Assembly (NCBI GenBank): GCA_958296065.1
Contig: CATQHX010000006.1
Location: forward strand, 23,531-87,530
DNA from: Vicinamibacterales bacterium
GTDB lineage: Bacteria; Acidobacteriota; Vicinamibacteria; Vicinamibacterales; UBA8438
Length of the DNA stretch: 64,000 nucleotides
Direction: 5' to 3'
Below are positions 37,629 to 45,129 of this stretch, one piece after another. A model generated the notes under the pieces. It did no database searches and was not told the DNA's origin. It saw nothing but the letters and a program-made list of their open reading frames with translations. The position numbers and the translations under genes were made by a program. The stretch's first letter is position 1; each line of letters opens with the position of its first letter.

Positions 37629-39449
37629 TCACATCCCTCCTGCGGCTTCGAATCGCCCGGTGAGCCGTTTCATCCGTTCTGCGTCATTGACGCCGACGAG
37701 CAGACCGAGATCGCGCAGGCGCCGCTCCAACGCCGCCCGGTTCCGGCCCAGAACCTCGTTGGAGATAGTCATGCCCGGCGGTGCAGTATCGACGTGGAAC
37801 CCGTAGTCTTCGCGGAGAAAGCCGAGGAACGACACGATGTTGGCGTCGGTACCGCCCGTAGGGCCGGGCAGCAGGTGCAAGTGCACGAGGTAATCGAGCA
37901 CGGAATCGGTGAAGACAATGGCGCGCACGTCGCGGCGCCTGCGTGCTCTCGAGCCCGTGCCGCGGGTCGTCGTGCGCTTGACGGCCAGCCCGTTCGGACG
38001 CCCGACGGCCAGGATGGAATCGACCATCCCGATGAAATTCTTCTGGAAATCGTTCGCTCCCTTCAAGGCCATCAATCCGCTTGCGAGTCGCCAGACAGAG
38101 TGTCGTTGGTCGTCAGCGTCGTCGAGAAGGGTACGGGCCACATCGTCATGGTCCCCCGCCACCTTTTCGGCCAACTTCTCCGCCTTGTCCTCAATGGCGA
38201 AGGCGACGCGCTGCGCCTCGGGGTGTCGGCGGTGGGCGAGATCGCCGAGCAGGTTCAGCCACTCCGTCGCGTATGGCCGCTTCGCGACCTTCTGCAACTT
38301 GATTCGCACACGGGGGCGCGCCTCGTAGTCCAGCAGGCGCAGTCCCATCAGTATGACGGGCACACGTTCCAAGCGCCGCATCAGGTCGTCCATCGACTGC
38401 TCGGCCCGCAGTCGGAGTCTCCGGTCTGCGCCGTTGGAGCAGTCCACGAACAGCGGCGCTGCGCGCTGCGCGTCAAGGTCCGTCACCCTCCCGGTCGCTT
38501 CCCAATGGAACAGCACCTCGACGGTGCTCGTGACGATGGCGGTCAAGCCGAGAGAGATGCACGACTCCAACATGTCCACGAGGGCGTGCCTCGGCGCGGA
38601 ATCGGCGTAGGACCTCACGAAGCGGCGGATGTCATCCGAAAAACGGCGCCCCGCGGCTTCAGCGATGGGACGCTGGTTCGAAATCCGATCCGCGTCTGCT
38701 CCTTGCTTCGGAGTGGGCTTGGGCTTTCTGGGAGCCGTCCGTAGTTGCTGGGCCAGACGAATGGTCAGGAGCTGATCCAGGCCGACAGCATCGTCCTCCT
38801 CGTCGAAGCGATCGGACGCATGATCCGCCAACCATTCGCCGCGGCGCGCAATCCCTTGGCTGAACGCGCGCAAGAGAGGATTGTCCTCGTAGCGGTTGAC
38901 CACCGGGAAGCGCGTCCTGTCTGTCTCCTCAGTCGGCGTGACGTGGTCGCCCGTACGCCGATTCGCGAGCATGGCGACGATCATCTCGGGGACGAAACGC
39001 AAGTTCGCCACACTATAGGGAAGGTCTATCCAGCTCGCCATGTAGTGGGTCGGCGCGACGCGCTGCACCTGCTTGTCCCGGCCGAGCCCGTGCCGGACGT
39101 TCTCCAAGCAGAAGCAGAGCAGGAGGTCGCCGAGAATGGCTTGCTCGACCTCGCCGTCGAACCCGGTCAACTCGTCGGTCTCGGCTAGCTTCCCCGCGAT
39201 CCGCTGCACGGTCGTCCGCCGGCGCTTCTGGGCCGGCGTCCCGGCCGCGGGACCGTACGTGCGGAGGAAGTTCCCGGCTCCCCGCCGGTGCCCGTAGCGG
39301 AACATGTAGAAGACCGCCGGCAATACCGCCGAGAGCTCGAAATCGAGAAGCGTCATCGGCAGAACCTTGTCGTAGCTGCCGGTCCAGATCTCCTCCACCA
39401 AGTCGGGTGACAGTGCGTCTTCGACGATCTTGCGATCGGCATGCGCCAT
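37629..39449 (-). CDS. 606-aa protein of unknown function; DptG (DndG)-like by position and size only
   Basis: Clean ORF with non-shadow composition. It starts 11 nt after the upstream stop and ends 1 nt before the downstream GTG. No catalytic motif recognised. Confidence 0.7.
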   Translation of the reverse strand: MAHADRKIVEDALSPDLVEEIWTGSYDKVLPMTLLDFELSAVLPAVFYMFRYGHRRGAGNFLRTYGPAAGTPAQKRRRTTVQRIAGKLAETDELTGFDGEVEQAILGDLLLCFCLENVRHGLGRDKQVQRVAPTHYMASWIDLPYSVANLRFVPEMIVAMLANRRTGDHVTPTEETDRTRFPVVNRYEDNPLLRAFSQGIARRGEWLADHASDRFDEEDDAVGLDQLLTIRLAQQLRTAPRKPKPTPKQGADADRISNQRPIAEAAGRRFSDDIRRFVRSYADSAPRHALVDMLESCISLGLTAIVTSTVEVLFHWEATGRVTDLDAQRAAPLFVDCSNGADRRLRLRAEQSMDDLMRRLERVPVILMGLRLLDYEARPRVRIKLQKVAKRPYATEWLNLLGDLAHRRHPEAQRVAFAIEDKAEKLAEKVAGDHDDVARTLLDDADDQRHSVWRLASGLMALKGANDFQKNFIGMVDSILAVGRPNGLAVKRTTTRGTGSRARRRRDVRAIVFTDSVLDYLVHLHLLPGPTGGTDANIVSFLGFLREDYGFHVDTAPPGMTISNEVLGRNRAALERRLRDLGLLVGVNDAERMKRLTGRFEAAGGM

Positions 39450-39460
39450 GCGTGTTCACC

Positions 39461-42400
39461 TCAGGCGAGCAGTCGAATGACGAGCCGCTGCGGTCCATCG
39501 CCTAAACCGCTCTCCGCGGCGATCTCGTGAATGGCGTCTTCACGCATCGGGTTCCAGGCCAGCAATCGCCGGTCGTCCTCGCGCTCGAGGCGCTGCACGA
39601 AGATCGACAGGTGCGCGAATGTGTCATCGGTCGAGGCGTCGCCCAACTGGTATCCCTCGCTCAGTTCCAGCAGCAGGTGGAACAGATCCGCACCGAGGCG
39701 AAGGCGCTCCTCGCCGCGTCCGTCCGCATAGCGGTAGACGAGAGTCGCCTGTCGGTGCAGCCGGTCAACGCCGGCGGGTGCGGACGGAAGGTCCGCTTCG
39801 AGATGGAAGCGATCCACGGGCTTCTCGATCCAGAACGCCGTCTCCGTCGGGGTCCGGGGCGTGATCCGCAGAGGAACGACGCCAAGCCGGCCGTACGCAT
39901 TCGGTGGCAGCGACGCCAAGCGCGCGATGCCGGCACAGAGGGCCCGGCACGCCGCTTCCCGCTCCCCATCGTCTATCGGCAATCTGCGGAAACGGCGGAG
40001 ATGACGGCCGTGGGCCAGTTCGAGCGCATTCGGATCCCCGGTAAGCGACTCGATGTCCCGTTCGAGCCACTCGAAGTACGCGCGTCGGCGCGCCGAGGGG
40101 AGGTTCAATTCCGGATATCCTGCCACGCCCCGGCGGGTGCCGGCCCGCGTCGGGCGCACCAAGTGTCGATCGATCCGCGGATGGGCGTCGAGCGCCGGGT
40201 CGAAGCGCGCCAAGTCCCCGAGCACGGCCCCCTGGCGCCCAGGGGACTGCGGGTCGAATGCCCGGTCCCAGTAGGGCAGCGGTGCCGGCCCGGCCTCGGA
40301 CGCCGCATCGGGTGCGGGATACGGACCGAAGTCCGGATCCCAGTAGGCTGGCGCTGGGTGCCGGTGCGCCGCGACGGCACCCTCGTGGTAATCGTCGCAG
40401 AAGTGGACCCCGAACAGGATATAGACGAGCGCGGCGCGCAACCCGCGCACGGTGACGTGCGTCTCGCCGCGCAAGTGGACTGCCTGGAGCGCTTCGAACA
40501 GGCGCCCGCGGGCGCGCGACCGCGCCTCGGTGGTGGCGCTACCGGGAAGGCCGGCGGGGCCGAACAAACGATTGGCTTTGAACACGTCGCAGCGATCCTG
40601 GGCCGAACAGGTCGCGCACAGCTCCCAGATCTTCGATGCTCGGGTGCCGCCGTACAGGTGGTTCACCAGACGTTCCAGGAAATCGGTCTCAATGCCGGTC
40701 CCGTTGGCGGTCACGCCGCCGACGAGCGACCGCTGATTGAGGTTGACGAACCGGATGTGCGCATCGGGAACCGACCGCGGGGCGGCGCCTTCGGCAACGT
40801 CGGCGACGTCTTCAGCAACGCCGGCCGCGTCACCGCCGACCCCGCCTGCGCTCTCGTCGTCCTCGTCCCTCGCGGCGGCCGGGGCACGACAGGTCCACCG
40901 ATCCTGCTGAACCCTCTGAAGTGCCTCGTACAGCGCCCGCGTGAGCGCGGTTTCGCGTTCGCGCCCTTCGACCCGCTCGATCCACTCCAGCAGACGTCCG
41001 TCGTTGATGGCCAACAGATGCGCAATGTCTTCTGCCGGCGGCCCGTCCCGGAACGGCGCCAGAAACTCGTCGAGCAGGTCGTCGGCCGAACGCCCCCGCC
41101 AGGACGCCGAACCGTCCAGGTTCAGCCGCACGCGCAACCCGTCGTCGGTCTTCCCCTCCAGCACCCGCTCGGACGACGCGAGCCGTTCCAGGCCGAACTC
41201 TCTGGCGAGATGCTGGAGCAGAGCCGTCTTGCCGTCGCCGGCGTTGCCGCATAGGACGACGAGCCGAACGCGCCGCGCCCGCACGTCGTCGTGCAGCGCC
41301 GCCTCCAGGGCCGTCTTGACGTACGTCTCCATGGCGAAGGCGCTGTCGAGCCCCCGCGTTTCCTGGTTCCCCCACCGCGAGCCCGGATACGACTGCAGCA
41401 GTCCCCTCAACCACTCCACCCGCTGCTCGCGGCGTACGACCGGCGCATCGGGCGCCTCGACCGTCGCGGGTTCTTCTGCAGACGAAGGGGGGACGGGCAC
41501 TGGCGACGGCTCCGGAAGCGGCCGGGGTTCCGTTACCGACGGAGCGGATACAGGCTCCGGTCCTGCTGCCGACGACTCGGGCCCCAATGGGGTCGGCGGC
41601 GAGCCCCCCGGAACGGGCGCCACGGTCGGGGGCGAGACGATCGGGGGAACCGCCAGCGCCTTCAGCGCCTCGGCTGCCGACTGGAACCGCTGGGCCGGGA
41701 GTGGGTGGGTGGCATGGTCGAGGAACGCCGCCACCGTTGGATACTCCGCGCGCTGCTCGGCGTCTACAGCTTCCCAGTTCAGACCGCGGTCCTTCGCCAG
41801 CACGCCATCGTGGCGAAACGGCTCGTGCTCGAACATCACGTGAAAAAAACTAGCCGCCAGCGCATACAGATCGTCCGAGGGCGACGCCGCCGCACCCGCC
41901 CGGTGAGACGGCGCGCTGTAGAGCTCGGTGCCCGGCGCGGCGACCGGTTCGTCGATCCGTCCGACGAAGTCGTAATCGGTGAGCACGAGGTCGCGCCCGG
42001 ACACGATCAGGTTGCCGGGGCTGACGTCGCCGTGGATGAGACCGTTGCGGTGAAGCACGTCGAGGGCCTCGCACATCGACCGCAGCCAGAAGAGCGTCAG
42101 CGCACCGGCGGAGGTCTCGTCAAGGTCGTCCACAAGCAGCGGAAGGATCCCCACAAAATCGCGAAGCGGTGACCCTTCAACCCAGGTCATGAGCGCCGTG
42201 AACTCGTTCTCACGCCACTCCGACGCCACTTCGAAGATCCCGGAAACGGCCTGATGCTGCAGATGTGATCGTGCCAGCCGGTAGGCGCCCACGGCGCGGC
42301 GTCCCGCCTCCTCGTCATGACACACCTTGGCGACGTAGGTCCCCAGCTCCTCGTTCCTGGTACGGTCGAGTTGCACCACCTTGAACGTCGTGCCAACCCC

Positions 42401-43858
42401 GCCACAGCCGAGGCGTTCGACCACCCGGTAGTGGCCGCCACGGAACGGGACGATCTGATCTTCGGTCCAGAACCGTGCCGGCGGAGGCGGCGGCGCGGGC
42501 GGAGACTCCCCCAGCAGTACAGACAGGCGCGCATCGAGCACGGACGGCTCGCTGCGCTGCACCGGATCGTCGGCCATGGCCGAAGCCAGTACTTCGAGAG
42601 CTTGGCGGCTCGTCTCATCGTCCCGGTCTTCGAACAGAACGCGCAAGCTCGCACACAGCGCGTAGGTGTCCGAGCGGGCGTCGGCCGCGTGCAGTCCTTG
42701 GTCGCGCACTTCCGGCGCCGTCGACGATGGCCACTCCCCTGACGACGGCCGCGCCGACCCCACGCTCCGTTCCGACGGGATCCTGGACAGCTCGAAGCCG
42801 GTGAAGATCGGCGTGTTGTCGTGTCGGACGAGAACCGTCCCCGGGGTGAGTTTGCGGTGCAGGATCGGCGCGCCGTCCACGGTCGCCTCATGCAACTCCC
42901 CCAACGCGCCCAGCGCAGCCCTGGCGAAGGCCAGCCGCGCCGAGGTGTCCCACGTCGAATCCGACTTACGCCTCTCGATGGAAGGAGCCAGCGGGTCGGT
43001 GACAGTGAAGAAGTACATCTCGCCCGCGTAGCTGGGCGCCGGCTGCCAAGAATCGAGTACGCGGGGCGCCCAAGCGTGCAATTGCAGCCTGTGCAACGTC
43101 TCGAACTCTCGCATCGCTCGGGTTTCAGCGTGCCCCTCGTCGCTCGCCGACAGGTCGTAGAGGTGCAGGAGCACCTTGTCATGCCGGGTCGCGTGGACAC
43201 CCTGGTATACGCGGTGGAACCGCTCCGACGGGGGCGTGCGGCGCTCGAGGTTGACGTAACCGGCGAACCGCCGCAGGGAACCGTCGAGGGCGACCGCGCT
43301 CTTCGGTTCAAGAAGGCGTCCGAGCCGGGCGACCTGTTGTGGGCGGAGCACCGGCGCCGCGTCAAGATCGACGGCCTCGCGCCACTCCTTCAACGAGCAG
43401 AAGCGCACCCCCCTGACGACTCGGCCGGCCAGTTCCCTTTCGCCCGGCGATTCGCGCGTCAGCAGGATCACGCCGTCCACGCGACCGAGATCCGGTACCG
43501 ACCTGCGGGAAGTGGTTCCGATCTTGCGCGCCTTGTTCGTGACCCGATCCGCCTCCTCGTCCACGCGGTCCGGATGCTCATCGATCCATCGCCGTGACCA
43601 ATGCTTGACCTCGATGACACGTACGCCCGGCGGACCGATGGCGATCATGTCGATCTCGTCCGCCTTGAACTGGTGCGTGACCGACCAAGTGAGGTTGGTC
43701 AGCAGTATCCATTGGTCGTCGCTCGCCCCGAGCGACGACTCTATGCGGCTTCGGAGATGTTCGAACGCCGTGCGTTCGCTCTCGTTGGCGAAGGGCCCGC
43801 AGGCAAAGGAGGTCACGTTCACGTCGCTGTTCCAGCCATGAGAATCGTGGCAGAGCAT
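39461..43858 (-). CDS. fusion protein: NERD domain + degenerate kinase-like domain + Ser/Thr-kinase-like domain + Pro-rich linker + P-loop NTPase region (DptF/DndF-like)
   Basis: NERD: ADEIDMIAIGPPGVRVIEVKHW. Kinase-like 1: ILHRKLTPGTVLV and FTGFE (HRD Asp and DFG lost). Kinase 2: LGCGGVGTTF, YVAKV, LIHGDVSPGNLIV, LTDYDF. P-loop CGNAGDGKT (41224-41250). Start moved to ATG 43858 (AGAGGA upstream). The ORF-track N-terminal 179 aa are Arg/Cys-rich and overlap gene 44070..44630. Confidence 0.8.
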   Translation of the reverse strand: MLCHDSHGWNSDVNVTSFACGPFANESERTAFEHLRSRIESSLGASDDQWILLTNLTWSVTHQFKADEIDMIAIGPPGVRVIEVKHWSRRWIDEHPDRVDEEADRVTNKARKIGTTSRRSVPDLGRVDGVILLTRESPGERELAGRVVRGVRFCSLKEWREAVDLDAAPVLRPQQVARLGRLLEPKSAVALDGSLRRFAGYVNLERRTPPSERFHRVYQGVHATRHDKVLLHLYDLSASDEGHAETRAMREFETLHRLQLHAWAPRVLDSWQPAPSYAGEMYFFTVTDPLAPSIERRKSDSTWDTSARLAFARAALGALGELHEATVDGAPILHRKLTPGTVLVRHDNTPIFTGFELSRIPSERSVGSARPSSGEWPSSTAPEVRDQGLHAADARSDTYALCASLRVLFEDRDDETSRQALEVLASAMADDPVQRSEPSVLDARLSVLLGESPPAPPPPPARFWTEDQIVPFRGGHYRVVERLGCGGVGTTFKVVQLDRTRNEELGTYVAKVCHDEEAGRRAVGAYRLARSHLQHQAVSGIFEVASEWRENEFTALMTWVEGSPLRDFVGILPLLVDDLDETSAGALTLFWLRSMCEALDVLHRNGLIHGDVSPGNLIVSGRDLVLTDYDFVGRIDEPVAAPGTELYSAPSHRAGAAASPSDDLYALAASFFHVMFEHEPFRHDGVLAKDRGLNWEAVDAEQRAEYPTVAAFLDHATHPLPAQRFQSAAEALKALAVPPIVSPPTVAPVPGGSPPTPLGPESSAAGPEPVSAPSVTEPRPLPEPSPVPVPPSSAEEPATVEAPDAPVVRREQRVEWLRGLLQSYPGSRWGNQETRGLDSAFAMETYVKTALEAALHDDVRARRVRLVVLCGNAGDGKTALLQHLAREFGLERLASSERVLEGKTDDGLRVRLNLDGSASWRGRSADDLLDEFLAPFRDGPPAEDIAHLLAINDGRLLEWIERVEGRERETALTRALYEALQRVQQDRWTCRAPAAARDEDDESAGGVGGDAAGVAEDVADVAEGAAPRSVPDAHIRFVNLNQRSLVGGVTANGTGIETDFLERLVNHLYGGTRASKIWELCATCSAQDRCDVFKANRLFGPAGLPGSATTEARSRARGRLFEALQAVHLRGETHVTVRGLRAALVYILFGVHFCDDYHEGAVAAHRHPAPAYWDPDFGPYPAPDAASEAGPAPLPYWDRAFDPQSPGRQGAVLGDLARFDPALDAHPRIDRHLVRPTRAGTRRGVAGYPELNLPSARRRAYFEWLERDIESLTGDPNALELAHGRHLRRFRRLPIDDGEREAACRALCAGIARLASLPPNAYGRLGVVPLRITPRTPTETAFWIEKPVDRFHLEADLPSAPAGVDRLHRQATLVYRYADGRGEERLRLGADLFHLLLELSEGYQLGDASTDDTFAHLSIFVQRLEREDDRRLLAWNPMREDAIHEIAAESGLGDGPQRLVIRLLA

Positions 43859-44069
43859 ACAACGTCCTCTGCGTCCGGCAGAGCCGACTGTCAGATCTCG
43901 TTGAACATCGTGTACCGCGGGCGTTCCCGTCCAGGAGCCCATTGAGGACCGTCGTCGGCACGCTGCGCCGCCCAGATGCCCGGCCGAGCGAGCCCCGGAC
44001 GAAGAAGACCGCCAGAACCGCTGCTGGCTGACACCGCCGGCGAACCGCGTCAACGGCAGCGAGCTCGGT

Positions 44070-44630
44070 TCACCAAGCGACCGATACCTGGGCGCCAAGA
44101 CTCCCGTGCGACACAATCGGTGACACCGATGCCTGCATCGGCCCGACCGCACGGTAGACCGTCCTATGCCTGAGAGCGTCGAAAACAGCGCCCACCGCGC
44201 CGCCGAGCGCCACCACCGGAAACGCGTACAACAACACGTATGCGCATTCGCCCGGCCGACTTTCACCGGCAAAGCAGACCGCCGAGATCGAGCCTGCCAC
44301 CGTCGCCATTCCATAGCCGATGCCGTTCGACAACGGATCCTGGAGATCGATCCGCCGCACGTCGGCGACGGCCACGGTCCACGCCTGGCCGCCATGCCTG
44401 ACCACCAGCCCGGCGGACGACACGTCGCTGAGCGTGCCTTTCAGGCGGCGACCGGCGGCATCCGTGACATAGACCCCCTCGCCGGGCTGCAGGCTGCCGG
44501 CGTGCAGCAACTCCTCCAGGGATAACGCCCTGTCCTGCGCCACCGCCACGTCCGGCGCCATCACCATGCTCATCAGCGTCAGTACTCCGATCAGCTCCCG
44601 CTGGGTGTGACCCACGATGCAGCGCAACAT
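44070..44630 (-). CDS. hypothetical secreted/membrane protein (186 aa)
   Basis: ORF track. Signal-like LIGVLTLMSMVMAPDVAVAQ and a C-terminal hydrophobic segment (YVLLYAFPVVALGGAVGAVF). Confidence 0.5.
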   Translation of the reverse strand: MLRCIVGHTQRELIGVLTLMSMVMAPDVAVAQDRALSLEELLHAGSLQPGEGVYVTDAAGRRLKGTLSDVSSAGLVVRHGGQAWTVAVADVRRIDLQDPLSNGIGYGMATVAGSISAVCFAGESRPGECAYVLLYAFPVVALGGAVGAVFDALRHRTVYRAVGPMQASVSPIVSHGSLGAQVSVAW

Positions 44631-45129
44631 GATCGCTCCGTCCTTCCAGAGCCGTACACGTTAGCATCCGCACCCAGGAAGGAGCGCGCCTTCGATAACG
44701 CCCAGTCCGGTCTGCTCACACGAATGCACGGCCCGACGGGATCCGGCCAAGCTGCTGCGCCGCGGATGCGTGGTGTCCGGTGCGGAAGCCTCGGGTATTG
44801 CCTGAGGCCACGTAGATTTTGATGTATTGCATCCACGATGGTGCGGGTTGTGCACAATTCCATATGCAATCGGCGCTCGGATTGAACTGGACTGCATAGG
44901 ACGACCGTTGTACCGTTGTCGGGTCCACGGAAACAGCCGCACTGACTTGGATAGCGGCCGGGCGACTCCGGCGACGAGAAGCGGTCGTGTTCGTCGGCCG
45001 CAGCACAGCGGTGGGTCGCCACGAAGTTACTGGGCAGCCCGTAGCCGACCCTCGCTCGACCGGACTCCTGACTGTCCGTGTGCATGCCGGCGGACGGCTG
45101 CTTCTCGAGGGTCGGCTGGCGAGCCACGG

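Noticed and set aside
43859-44395. N-terminal 179 aa of ORF 39461..44395
   Set aside because: This stretch is an Arg/Cys/Ser-rich shadow-like sequence that overlaps the independently supported gene 44070..44630. The NERD domain begins right after the ATG at 43858, which has a Shine-Dalgarno-like AGAGGA.
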